Shown here one piece after another: positions 43,306 through 56,387 of a stretch of DNA of 64,000 nucleotides (position 1 is the first letter of the stretch; every line of letters begins with the position of its first letter). The notes below the pieces were generated by a model, which saw only the letters and a list, made by a program, of their open reading frames with translations, did no database searches and had not been told where the DNA came from. The position numbers were made by a program, and so were the translations under genes. The DNA comes from Eledone cirrhosa. Its lineage: Eukaryota. The stretch is taken from positions 96,782,001-96,846,000 of the forward strand of contig OZ024743.1 in assembly GCA_964016885.1 (NCBI GenBank), read 5' to 3'.

Positions 43306-44385
43306 GAATATGAATAAACAAAGTTAATTTTAATCTGTTGACTTACACTTCTCGTTTTTACATTACTCCGGAGTAAACAGACCCACCTGCGCACTTTGTT
43401 GAGTGCTCTAACTTGCATACTGAAGTGTCGGTAATCAAACAACACATACAAATATCATCATCATCATCATCATTTTATGTCCACTTTTCCCTGCTTGCAA
43501 GGGTGGGACGGGAACTGATTCTGGCTTGATTTCTACAGTTGGATGCCCTTCCTAACACCAACCTCATTTACAGTGAGTGCTGGGTGCTTTTTTCCGTGGC
43601 ACCTCCACGACCACTTTACAGTGGAATGATAGGGACCCCAGTCCCTATCATCTCATTTCTACAGCTGAGTAAACTGGAGCAATGTGAAATAAAGTGTCTT
43701 GCTCAAGGAAACAACACATCACCATATACTATAAGAATAAAGAACAAGGAGTCGGTGTTGTGTCATAATATATTTAACATATTACATGTTTCATTATAGA
43801 TCAGCTTGAGGCAAGATCTATTATAGATCGAGCCTGACTCTGTAACTGAAAAGGTCATCAGATATGCTTAGTATATGAATTCGTCTCCGACCTTTCGATC
43901 TATAATAGATCTTGCCTCGGGCTGATCTATAGCAAAACATATGTAATATGTTATTAAATATGTTACGATGCAACACTGAATCCTTGTTCCTTATTCTTAT
44001 AGAATTATACACTGCTCTGCGCAAGCATCGAGTGCTCAACTGACTTACTGCCTAAGGACGCATTTTTCATGCAACCATACAACTATATATATTAAAAACA
44101 CACAGTCCACGCTGTAATGTGGCTATGTAGGTAACATGGTGAAAAGTTCCCGGTTCCACACTGTAAATGTGGTTGGTGTTAGGAAGGGCATCCAGCTGTA
44201 AAAAACCTGCCAGATAGTCCTATATGAGCGAGACACGGTCACTCAACCAACCTTGCCTCAAGTGGGACAACTACCGTCTAACCCATGCTAGCGTGGAAGA
44301 TGGACGTTAAACGAAGATGATGATGATGATGATATGTACATGTATGTTTGAGTATATATATATATATATATATATACACGCACAC

Positions 44386-44431
<46 letters not shown>

Positions 44432-45009
44432 ATATATAAGATATACTTATATCGTTTCTGCCATAATTTGTTCATGATTAAATAAAGTATGAATATCACT
44501 GTGATTATTAGTTGTATCTTATTTTCTAAGATATCTTTTTTGCAGCTGGAATTATAATGTATCTGGTATAATAATCCATATCTCCCTAATTTATTCCTGC
44601 CAGCTATCTATATCATTGTCTCCAAACTTATTCCAGACTCTATCTGATGTTTCATGCCTCTAGAAATTTATTGCATAATTTCTATTTGTGCTAATCATGT
44701 TTTGTGATGTCTTGTTTTTTCTCTTTATTACCATTATTTTTTTATTACTATATATCATTATTGTTGTTATTGTTGTAATGGCAGTGGATTGGTAGTATTG
44801 GTAGAGTGTCAGACAACATGCTTTGTGGTATAGAGTTACAGCCCTTTGTGATCTGAGTTCAAATCCCGTCAAGGTTAACTTTGCCTTTCATCCTTACGGG
44901 GTCGTAAAATAAAATACAGTAATGTACTGGGTAATTGCTGGCCTTGTGCCAAAAGTAGAAACAATTATTATTATTATTATTGTTGTTGCTTTTGTTATCA
45001 TCATCATTA

Positions 45010-45785
45010 TTATTATTTTATTCATATTCATTTGCATAGTGATGGTCTTATTCACACTGAATCATTGACTGCCTATCAAGTTATGTAAAGTGACATAGAC
45101 AGTATTTTCTGCAGGATATTTGCGGTTCTCAATCATAATACTGGGGCTGGTTCCAGTTCTATCAACGTTTTTCTGGATGTTTTCTGTCACAGACCTAAGT
45201 TCTCTAATCAAAATTAGAACCACTTTTGCTTTCTTATTCCATATTCTCTGGACATCTATTCTCAAGTCTACATACTTTACAATTTCCTAATTTTCTTTAC
45301 CATTGATGTAATAGTCTCCAGGGCAAGCTACATTGATTAACAAACACCCCGTTTCAGTATCTTTCTCCACCAAAGTAATGCCTGGCCTTGTATTTTCAAG
45401 AAGTCTATTTGTCTGGATTGTAACTTCCCTCAAGAGTTTCACTGTCTGATTTTCTACAACTCTCTCTGGTTCGTGCTGATTCCATTTCTCAGTAGTTGCA
45501 AACCCATATTTCTTGCATAAAGACCAATGGTATAAGCACAGTTTATTGTAACACCTTTATATTCCCAAGGCACTCATACGACAGGCACTCATGATGTAAG
45601 TCATATTTTCCATCTTCTTTCCATTCACTTATTTATTTCATCTGGGTTATATATATATTCAGTATTGAATTTGTCTTTAGTGATTGGTCTTGAGCTCTTA
45701 AGACCCCTTTTTCAACCATTTCCATGAAAAATCCTACTTTTACTTCTTTTCTTTCTCTTTCAAATTGAGCATGTAATTTTATTGG
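45010..45785 (-). mobile_element. R4/Dong-like RLE-type LINE 3' fragment (restriction-like endonuclease region)
   Basis: Minus-strand HWSLCKKYGF...EKWNQHEPERVVEN...IQTNRLLENTRPGI...INVACPGD...KEN*EIVKYVDLRIDVQRIWNKKAKVV. The 3' end abuts (TAA)n-like repeats, the known Dong target type. Confidence 0.8.
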
Positions 45786-45789
45786 ATTA

Positions 45790-46345
45790 CCGAATTAGCC
45801 ATGGAAGTGGGTGTTCCAAAAGTACAGTAACACGAGTGAAAACGGGATGGAGAAAGTTCAGGAAGCTACTACCACTACTAGCTACAAAACAATTTCCCCT
45901 CAAAATGAAGGGCAGATTGTATGATGCATGTATATGAACAGCAATGATGCATGGTAGTGAAATCTGGGCATTCTGTGCAGAGGACCTACAAAAATTGAAA
46001 ACAAAGAAGCATGCATGCTCTGATGGATGTGTAATAGTAATTGTTTCTTCTTTTGGGCACAAGGCCAGCAATTATCCCAGTGCATTACTGGTACTTTATT
46101 GGATGTGTAATAGTAATATACATGAACAGCAAAGTGTAAATGAATTGAGAGGGAAATTGAGCATAAGGGAGATCAAATGCAATGTGCAGGAGAGGAGATT
46201 GTGGTGGTATGAACATGTGATGCATATGAAAGATGACAGTATAAAAAAGTGCAGGGCGCTCAATGTTGATGGAAGCTATGGAAGAGGGAGACATAGGAAA
46301 GCTTGAGATGAGGTGATAAAAGCTAACCTCACACAATTGTGCCTC
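45790..46345 (+). mobile_element. RTE-like LINE fragment (same family as 37661), interrupted by a SINE piece at 46042-46099
   Basis: RVKTGWRKFRKLLPLLA...KGRLYDAC...HGSEIW...ERRLWWYEHVMHM...GRGRHRK, with stops. Confidence 0.88.
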
Positions 46346-47720
46346 TCAAAAACGAAAAATCATAACTCAAATGAAAACTTACACCAAAAATTTGTTAGTA
46401 GGATTTATCTATCAAATCTTCCAGAAACCTCTTTGACATATTTAAACACCCCTACCAAAAGACCCCTTTCAATCATGTTTATATTTGTATTTTGATTTAC
46501 TTCTCTTCATTTTTTATTCTTCTTCTTATCTGCAAACCCTAAAAATAAGTTTAAACTCGAGACAAAATGAATCCCCCTGCACGCACACACACACATACCA
46601 CAAGACAAAATAAACTCACATCCTTCCTGAAAACATCATCACACCAAAGACAATTCTTCATGATTGAAAAACATTTCTCCTCAGTTAGTTTCTTATATTT
46701 ATATCATCCACCATTTATATATGTTGTTATATTTTCAAAAGAATATTCAATCATCTTTACATCTACTTTTAGTTATTTGTTTTTCTTTTGTTCTCTACAA
46801 ACCCTGAAAATAAACTTGAACACTTAGAACCCCAGCTAAATACACACACACACACTAATGAACAACAAAATGCCACCTGGGCCTTTATTCTGAATAAAAA
46901 AGGAACTTTCAGTTAAAGGAAAAAAATATTTAAATATACTCCTGTTATTTTGCACGTTTATCTTTTACCTATGTTATATTGTTATATATATATTGATATG
47001 TAAAATCCTGATCGCAGCGCTAATATATTTATATCTATCTGTCTATATATATATATTTATATAATATTTATGAGAGTAAGAAATAGGTTTTACTCATTTG
47101 CCAGGTGTATTTTAGCTGAATGCTATCATAATTGAATCAAACAGAGCCCATGTATAATTGTAATGTAGGGACTAACCAATTTTAAAACTTTATGACATTC
47201 AATTACTGAAAATTGTTTCTTCCTATAAGAATGCACATTTAACAGCAAATTTATTTTATTTAACAACCTGTTGTTAGTTAGTACAAACCCTAGGAATCAT
47301 CAGAGTTTATTAAATTCACAAACAATAAAATATGACAAATCACTCAAGAAAAAAGTGGCATATAAGGATAATGGGTAATGTGAATTACATAGCCAACTTC
47401 ATAGTTTACAGAATATCATGTCAAATATATTACAATGACTAAAGATGTTTTTTAAACAACAGCAACTTTCCGATTATGTGTCATGTTATTTTATTAATTG
47501 TTTATGAATTTAATAGACTCTGATGATTTCTAAACAAACTGTAAATATATAACTCAGCAGGATCCTCATTGCATTGAGCTAAAAAACACCTAGTAAATTA
47601 CTATATTTACTCTCATTCCTTGCAAGCAGGGAAAAGCGGACGTAAAATGATGATGATGATATATGTATATATATATATATATGTACATATATATTTAAAT
47701 ATATATATATATATATATAA

Positions 47721-47758
<38 letters not shown>

Positions 47759-47779
47759 TTATATATATATATATACTTC

Positions 47780-47817
<38 letters not shown>

Positions 47818-47819
47818 CT

Positions 47820-47899
<80 letters not shown>

Positions 47900-47903
47900 C
47901 TTA

Positions 47904-47943
<40 letters not shown>

Positions 47944-47972
47944 CTTATATATATATATATATTTAAATATAC

Positions 47973-48021
<49 letters not shown>

Positions 48022-48292
48022 CATATATATTTATATACATATATCATCATCATCATCATTTTACGTCTGCTTTTCCCTGCTTGCAAGGATATATTTTACT
48101 CTCCATTTATTGATTTGTTCATTTACTTTTTGTATTTGGAAAATGTTCTACAATAAATAATACTTGTTTTCTTTCCCACTGAACTTGTTCTCTTTATCCT
48201 GAGCTCTTTTAGTCAGAAGGAGTATTTATATAATGGATGTTCTTAGTCAACTGTTAATTTCTGCTTTCTCTTTTTTTTATTTTTTTTAATAG

Positions 48293-48313
48293 GCTTCAGC
48301 TGACAGTCAGCTG
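48293..48313 (+). CDS. RGS7: Candidate 21-nt in-frame microexon (ASADSQL)
   Basis: Long T-rich tract ending TAATAG (AG 48291-48292), CTG|GTAAGA donor, phase 0/0, no stop. Compatible with the flanking phase-0 exons. Confidence 0.6.
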
Positions 48314-50167
48314 GTAAGACTTATTTTTATAATATTCTTTTAATTTAATTTATTGTTTTTTTAATTTATTTTTTGTAATTTTACGTTGTCACATTTAAAA
48401 ATGTTCTATTCAAATGTAGTTATATATTTCCACATTTATATTTTAGAAGTATTTACTTTATACAGATATAAATTATAATCTGAAAATTTATGTAATGTGG
48501 AGGATTATCAATTTGGAGCATAAAAATGCTTTTTTCTTAGAATCAGTTATATAGTTACACATATTTCTAGTGAAAAGTACTGCCTACAATTTTCCAGTTA
48601 TTTTCAAAATAATTAAGAGTTTCGAGAGAGATAATAATATAGCTAATATTCTTATTATTGTGTTGGTGTTGTAGCTAAAGTTCATACATAAGATAATGGT
48701 GGGAGGTGTTTTTTAGTTAAACATATCACTTTAAATGGTTTTATATCTTAGAATCAGGGATGGTTTCAGGCAGTTTGGTGTCTGAAACATTGTAAATAAC
48801 CTGTTGCAAAAATTAATTTCCTTGAAAAGAAAAGGACATTTGATCACATACCCCTGGGAATTTTATCCATAATTTATAATCTATTGAACTGTTAGTAATT
48901 GCCCTTACAATAAAGCAAATGTTTAGTCTCACAACTGCAATGAACATTTCCACTTCAATAAATTTATGCTGAGGCTGAATATGCTATCAGTATAATAAAT
49001 TTGTCATGTCATTTGTAATCTGAAATAAAACAAATCAGTATGTTAAGTTATCAACTTCATATACACTCATACAAGGTCACACACTCATATCTAATGTTTA
49101 AATTAGCGATATTCAACCTTTTCCAATTCATAGTAAACTGAATAAGATGCTAAAAGTGTTGCAGCTCACTTTCATGTTTTAGAAAATGTTTTATTAAACA
49201 AGAAATAAACAATATTAGAATTATTTTTAAATAGAGATGCGTGCACACATTGCATTTTTGTGCAAAACAGCATTACATGTATCTAATCAGTTACGGACAA
49301 CAGAATACTCTACTCCCATGGCTTGAATAGAGTACAATTGAAATTTACAAAAACATTACTGAATGTGGTTGACTCCAGAAAATACCAAAAGGTAAAACAG
49401 CTATAAATTTAAAAAGAGTATCATAACCAGGATGAGAAAACTAGCTGGAATCAATCAATAGATAAAAATGTTAATGCTTAATCTCAAAAATTTCTAATGA
49501 CTCTTTATTTATATAATATTTTAAGAAGAAGCAGAAATGAAAAGATAACATTCAGCAACACCTATCCTCACAAAATAGTAAAAACAAGATAGTGTTTGAA
49601 CTGAATTAAATGGAATATATTTAACATTATAGTTTCAAATTCTGGTTATCCTTTAAATTTGTTTCAACTTATATACAAATGATTTTGAAATATTTGTCAG
49701 TAGCTGTATCAAAATAAATAGGAATAGTTTGTAAATAGGTAAAATTAAATATAGCTCATAGAAGTGTGTTATTTTGAAAAGGTTGTTGATGTTTTTATTT
49801 AGGCCCAGATCTGCCCTGATTGATCAACAACCTATCAGCTATGACCATCATATTCAGACATGAGGCCATGATAGTGGGAGTTTGGTTCCTTTGTGTTTGG
49901 ACCTGGTGTATATCTATATATTTATTTACCACACTTACACACTCACACAAACATAGTCGACAAATCCAGTGTTTGTATATTGGATTACATTATCCAATGT
50001 GTCTTTCCTAAGTTTAAGATTATAGGATATGAATTGAGGGAGATTTGATTGCTGTTTCTAGCAGAGGTAGTTTGCTATTTGTAGAGATGTGTCTGTTATT
50101 TGGAGTGGCATTGTGTCATTTGAAGGAAAGCTGTTTTACCAACAATATACTTCTTGTTTTATTTCAG

Positions 50168-50229
50168 ATTGAGAGTCTTAAACAAAAACTTGAGAAACGA
50201 CGAGTAAAAATTTCCAAAGTTGCTGAAAG
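50168..50229 (+). CDS. RGS7: RGS7 exon, start of GGL domain: IESLKQKLEKRRVKISKVAE(S)
   Basis: TTTCAG acceptor, AG|GTATGG donor, phase 0/2. Resembles RGS7 'IKYWQIQLDRHRLKMSKVADS'. Confidence 0.92.
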
Positions 50230-50759
50230 GTATGGTTTATATAACTTTAAACACATTTTAGATATTTATTAATCTTCTGCCAGACATAATTATCCTTGTC
50301 ATTAACAGAACCAGCTTAAAACTATATCAGGTTTTGTAATATTAGAACCAAGAGTTATTTAAATATATGTGGCTTCTTTCTGTCATATTTTTCATTGCTA
50401 GGCTGAGAGAATATGTGTTTGAAATATTAAGAGAATCGTTAATGCTCTCAAAAAGCCCTCTGGTTATACATATTACTTTTTATCAAGAATGATATTGTAT
50501 AATATTCAGTATCAAATAGAAAATATACATTTTTAAAAATTCTTTTCCCCATTTTTTATTGGTTTGGTTTGGTTTGGTTTGGTTTGGAGGAAGGGGCTAT
50601 GCTCACAGCCATTGCAGACCCTTCATGAAATGTGTAGCTCATATTCCTTTTGAATAGCTGCAAGTTGGCAGCAGCTGGAAAAACATGGCCTGAGAAAGAA
50701 ATTCAGAGAGACATTGCTGGAGGGCAGGACTGGGTATACCTCTTAGTGCAAGGATAGTG

Positions 50760-51790
50760 AAAGAAGAGAACAAAATAAATTGAGAGTGCCAGAGTTCAAA
50801 TGGTGTTATACAAACAAGCTCTGTTTAGCAGAGGCTACTCTAGTAGCAGTAGAAAAGGCAACAACAAAGATAACATCACTATAGAACAGAGATTAGAGTA
50901 TGTTGATGACAACCTTAATACAGTTAGGTGGTTATTTGGGGGAGTCAAGAATGTCTGTATGGATAGTAGTAACAGTAGTAACAACATCCCAGATCTAGGA
51001 GCAGTATTCAATTGTGGGTCTCATGTGAGATTTATAGAGGTTTAATAGTGTTAAGGACTGAAGTACTTTCCTGTTCTGGTGTGTGGTGTTTGTTTTTTGT
51101 GATGCAGTCCTTTCTACAATAAGATCCTCAATAATAGTGATACTGAGATATCTAGTTGTGTGCTCTTCATGTTTAGGAGGTTATAAGGTATGGTATTATT
51201 TTGATGGGGTTTTTTTTTGTGTTGTTGGAGACACGATTGATATGACATAACTGGAAGATGTTTTTATGTCCTCTGTTTATAATGACAGAACAGGTTTGGC
51301 ATGTGGATGGTGTTTAGATGCTGAAGATTAGTGCGGTGGTATAATTTTCTATGAGAATGGAAATTATTGGAGGTGATGGCATGTAGGTCATTGATATATA
51401 GGTGGAAGAATGAGGGGATAAAACGAAACCTTTGAACATAGCAGTTTCATATAGTGTGGTTTTGTGAAGTCATCAGTACACACTGCAATGTTGCTATCTG
51501 ACAAGAATCCTCCAATCTAGGACTCCAGAGACAAAATGGAATGTATCAGCAGACAGCTTTACTTAAAGATTCCCTTGCTGAATATGGTTGAATGCTTTGT
51601 TGATTCCACCAAACTTCTGGCGATTTGGGGGGTTGGGAATTATAGCTACTTAGGGATATTAGGGATATGAGAGAGCATTGCTAATTCATGATATTTTCTA
51701 CATCCATAAGATTGCTTTCACCTGGACATGTCTAGGGTATAGAAAGAAAGTGAAATTCAAATCACAAGAAGGACTAGGCAGTCTTCCTCT
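50760..51790 (-). mobile_element. Highly decayed CR1/L2-group LINE remnant
   Basis: Minus-strand LNLYKSHMRPTIEYCS*IWD (about 50986-51044) and INKAFNHIQQG (about 51570-51605, resembling DxSKAFDxVxH). Boundaries approximate. Confidence 0.6.
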
Positions 51791-52135
51791 GTTTAAAGAT
51801 TATGTTGAAAGATGCAATAGAAAGGATAAAACTGAAAGGTCTAAAAATGAATTTTTCTTCTCAACAAAACACTATTCAATGTCTTTAAGTACCAGTTGAA
51901 GAAAATAAGTTTGGCTTGAGAAGTATTGCCTTCTATTAAATTGTATGAAATGTATTGAAAGTAGTATTTTTACTGCACATGAAAGGACTGAGTCTTCATT
52001 TTTGCTTTGTTGTTGGATTGGAGAGTTGGTGTATCCTTAGAGAATGTCATGGCTTTTGGAAAGCCTATTCGCTTTAGTGGAGGTGCCTCACCTTTTGCTA
52101 CAGTTATATGTAAATTTTATATATATATATATATA

Positions 52136-52324
52136 TAATTGTTTCTACTTTAGGCACAAGGCCAACACATACCCAGTTCATTACTGGTACTTTATTTTAT
52201 CGACCCCGTAGGGATGAAAGGCAAAGTCAACCTCGGCGGGATTTGAACTCAGATCGTAAAGGGACGTAACTATGCTGGAAAGCATGGCGTCCGACCCTCT
52301 ACCGATACTGCCAATCCACCACCC
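52136..52324 (-). mobile_element. tRNA-headed SINE family A, full-length copy
   Basis: Minus strand GGGTGGTGGATTGGCAGTATCGG (A-box-like) ... GAGTTCAAATCCC (B box) ... GCCTTTCATCCCTACGGGGTCGATAAAATAAAGTACCAG ... AGAAACAATTA tail, flanked by (TA)nAT duplication. Confidence 0.88.
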
Positions 52325-53030
52325 TTATATATATATATATATAATGCACTGAAACTGTCGTTATTTACAGAGGTTGACTGAGGAGAAGGGACTGCCCATT
52401 TTTCTCTTATTTTTCCATTGTCTTTGTCTTGTCATATATATATATATATATACACTAAAGATATCCAATATAGAGCAGTGTGAATTTCACAAGAATCAGT
52501 GAAGGCAATATGTCTAGGTGTTACACTGAATAGAAACCAATACAGTGTAGAGAGGAAATTTTGTTCCTATGCAAAAAGCTTCTCTATTGTTGGTTCCAAA
52601 ATAAAATGCACTCAGTTTTTACTCTAATGTGGATGGTGATATGAAAGGCAACCAGCAGTAAAAGCCATGTCAGAAAACAGAAAGAAAGGAACAAATGGTG
52701 ATAATAGTAATATACATGTATGTGCTTGTGTATGAATGTGTATGTGTAGCATATATATAAGGAAAAGCAGATGCAAAAATGATGATGATATATATTTATA
52801 TACATATATATACGCATATAACTTTGTATTTTGTACATTAGATTATGTATGTATATAAATATATATTTTCATATATACGTGCATGCATTCATGCATATGT
52901 ACATACATACAAAAATACATACATACACATATACTCAAAGATGTTCGTCAGTGCAGTTATATTTTATTTTGTAATTGTGTTGTTTTTATTGTTATTGTTT
53001 AACCGATTCATTTTATTTTGGTGCTTTCAG

Positions 53031-53144
53031 CTTCATTGCTTACTGTGAACAATATGCAGAATTTGATGCCTTCAGCACAACCCCTGAACCATCGAATCCT
53101 TGGATCTCTGATAATATAGAATTTTGGGAGCAGGAAAAAACTGT
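53031..53144 (+). CDS. RGS7: RGS7 exon, GGL domain: (S)[37 protein letters not shown](V)
   Basis: CTTTCAG acceptor, GT|GTATGC donor, phase 2/2. Carries the GGL signature D-x-F...P-SNPW-x-SD. Confidence 0.95.
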
Positions 53145-53693
53145 GTATGCTTTCATTTAAATTTGATCTCTTTTATACTAACTGAGTCGAAACTCATAAA
53201 TATTTGGATAAAGAATCAAAGGTTCTTTAAAAATACATCAGATAATTTTTACATATTCTTGCTTTTTAAATATATTATTTTGGAATAAACAGCCTCCTCT
53301 CAAACAAATCTAATGTGGGAGTTAGCAACTAAAAATTTCAGTGAAACATTTGTTGGACAAAATAGAAAATCACACAGACTTTAGTAAAAATAGATTATTA
53401 TAATTATTTCTTCATCCTTATATGTTTGTTAACTCAATGTTTACTTTTATACCGTTTTGTGTATGAATGAGTCCTGGCAAATAAATTAAACAATTATTAT
53501 TATGTTCAATGGATACATTGTGTAGTTTTAGATTTTGAGAGAGGGGTACACATTCTTCTGTGTTCAGACAAGTAGAAATCCTTGTAACAGAAACAGGCAA
53601 ACAAAACGGAATTTTTATAATCGTTTGTTTATTTCTCATGAATTTTATAATTTTGGGGAACAAGGATTATTTTTGTTCCATTTTTATTTGCAG

Positions 53694-53825
53694 AAACCCA
53701 AAAGACATTCCCCCACGGCGTGTGAAACGGTGGGGTTTTACTATTGAGGAAGTTCTCACTGACCAAGCTGGAGTTGAACAGTTTAGTAAGTTCCTTGATA
53801 AGGAATTCAGTGGAGAAAACCTTAA
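53694..53825 (+). CDS. RGS7: RGS7 exon, start of RGS domain: NPKDIPPRRVKRWGFTIEEVLTDQAGVEQFSKFLDKEFSGENL(K)
   Basis: TTTGCAG acceptor, AA|GTAAGT donor, phase 2/2. RVKRWGF and FL..EFS.ENL motifs of R7 RGS domains. Confidence 0.96.
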
Positions 53826-56312
53826 GTAAGTCTTTCAGTTTATTTTTTCTATTTTAATTAAATTTGACTTTCTTTTGTTATAAGAGGCAACTAAATAAGG
53901 TGGTGCCAGGAAGACCCTTTAGCTGTTAAATATTGCCACAAATAAAGACCCATGATGAGTATGATATCTGTCATGGAACCTGTAAGTCTGCCTCTTAATT
54001 TGGCAGGAAAAATGACCTTAAAACACTAGTAGTTTCTTTTGTGGTAAGCTAGTCTCTTTATGTAATTTCTGAACCTTGAAATTGATTCTGTATTCACTCT
54101 TCTATACTGTTAAATGTTTGAGTAAAGTAAAGTGTAATAGTTGTTCATATGTAGGAGAAAATTCTCTATGGCATTTGTTTCCAGTATCTGAGCACTAAGT
54201 TCACATCCTACTGCAGCCACCTTTGCATTTCACTTTTTCAGGGTCAATGAAATAATGTATCAATCTAGAGGAATGGGTTATTGAATTTTCAAATGTCTGA
54301 TGAGACGTCTTGTGGTAGTTGTTCCAACTCTCTGGACTTTGAATTCAAATTATGCTGATGTCGACTTTGCCTTACATCTTTTAGGATCAATTCAGTTCAA
54401 ATCCTGCTGATATTCACTTTGCTGTACATCCTTTTGGAATCAATAAAATAAAATATCACACAAGTATTGGTGTTGATATAATCGATTTTCCCTTTCCCTA
54501 AATTGCTAGCATTGTGCCACAATTAGAAAGCATTATCATTATTATTATTATGAGGGAGCTGAGGGCTGGAAAATGCTTAAGAATATTTGTTCTGGTTCTT
54601 TACGTTCCATGTTCAAATCCCACTGAGGTGAACTTTGCTTTTCATCGGAGTTGACAAAGTAAAGTACCAGTAATTCACTGGTGTCATTGTAGTCAACTTT
54701 CCCTGCCCCCAGATTGTTGGTCTTGTGTCTAAATTAGAAATCAGCATTTTATTTATGTTCTGAGCTTAAAAACAGCTGATGTTAGCTTTACCTTTCATCC
54801 TTATGGGGTTGATAAAATAAAGCACCAGTAATGCATTGGGGTCGATTTAATCGACTTTCCCCTCCCCCTTATTGCTGGCCTTGTGCTTAAATCAGAAAAA
54901 ATTATTATTATAGTGTGTGTGAGAGGGGGGGGGGTATGTTCTAGTATTTAACTTGTTCAATGTAGTGATTTGATGACATTTTTAGTACAACAGATAAGAT
55001 GCTTTGCCGTATGTGCTCCAGCTCTCTTTGTATTCTGAGTTTTAGGATATCAAACATAACCCATTGCCCAATTTAGCACCACACATGGTTCTTAATTTCC
55101 TTTAGCAGAACTTACTCTGTTGCAAAATTCAGGCCTGGTTTGAGGTTATCTACCTCATATCAATCTTGACGGCCATAAAAAAGTAACTAAGCAGTTTCTT
55201 CCCTGGATAGAATACAAATCTATTGCAGTTAGATGATACTCCAGAATGGTTTACTATTTTCTTCTACTGGTTTAAAGGAGGATATCCTGAATCTTGCAAG
55301 CTACCATAGATATGGTACAACTGTGAACAGTCTCTCTATATATTGTACCTATTTACCATTATGTTGTCTCAACTATTAGGAATGGTAATTCTGAGTATAG
55401 TCTGTGTAATGATACAGCCAATTAACTCGCTGATCAATAGTCTAAAACTGATTCAACACAGGCCCCCTTCTCCTCCCCATTCCCTACTCTTCTCTTAAAT
55501 AAAACATGTCTTGTATTTATTTTTAGTTGAAATTTCTTTTTTCTACTTTTTCAAACATTCTTTTGTCTCAGAATTTTATGAATTCTTCTAGTTTTGTTCT
55601 GTTTCTTGAGGCAAAATCTAAAGAATTTTAAGTTCAAAATATTTTCCCTTAATTTTTCAGATTTAGGGTTTATTCTATTTTTTTTTAGTTGAAAAAATAA
55701 TTCTATAAACATTCCTTGGTCTCTTAGAAATATTATGGATTCTGTTTTTTTTTTGGTATTTTCCCTAACATGTAATACAAAATGTATGAGCTTTAACAAG
55801 TACCTACTATTTTCTTGTCTTTCTTAAAATGTTCATGATCATTTTTTTCATTTTTAAAATTTCCTATTATTATTATCTAATCTGGCCGAGCTTGGTCAGA
55901 TTTATTCGACTCAATCATGCTATTCATCTTGATACTGTGTAAATACAGAGCTGTTGCATGAAGGTTCTTACTGAAAGGCTGGCTCTTTATATCCATAGTG
56001 TTCATAGGAGTAGTATATAACTAATGAGTTCTTGTTTAGCTCTCTAACAATATCCTGCAAAGCACTTACCTTGCTCAAATGACACCAGTGATTACAAAAT
56101 GACTATGATGGTCTTTGTTTGGTTTCATGCTCCTTTCAGGAGACATTCTGAATAGCCTATAATCTGAAATGGCTCCTATTGTATTTTATTGTTTTTCTCA
56201 TTCATTCTTTGATCTCATAAAATTTTATACATTCTCTTAATCTTCTGTTGTTGAATAAAGCAAAATACGACTCTTAACTTATACTAAGTATGTTCAATAT
56301 TTTTTTCCTTAG

Positions 56313-56387
56313 ATTTTGGTTAGCGTGTAAAGATCTGAGAGGATTATCCCTGAAAGAAGTAAACACCAGAGTTTTAGATATATATAA
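56313..56387 (+). CDS. RGS7: RGS7 exon, RGS domain: FWLACKDLRGLSLKEVNTRVLDIY(K)
   Basis: TTCCTTAG acceptor, AA|GTAAGT donor, 75 nt phase 2/2. FWLA motif directly follows ENLK. Not in the ORF track, found by reading. Confidence 0.95.

Noticed and set aside
47620-48156. Long YIYI/THTH-type ORFs (also 62699-63632, 27212-27460 and others)
   Set aside because: They are translations of (TA)n/(CA)n microsatellites lacking stops, with no coding features.
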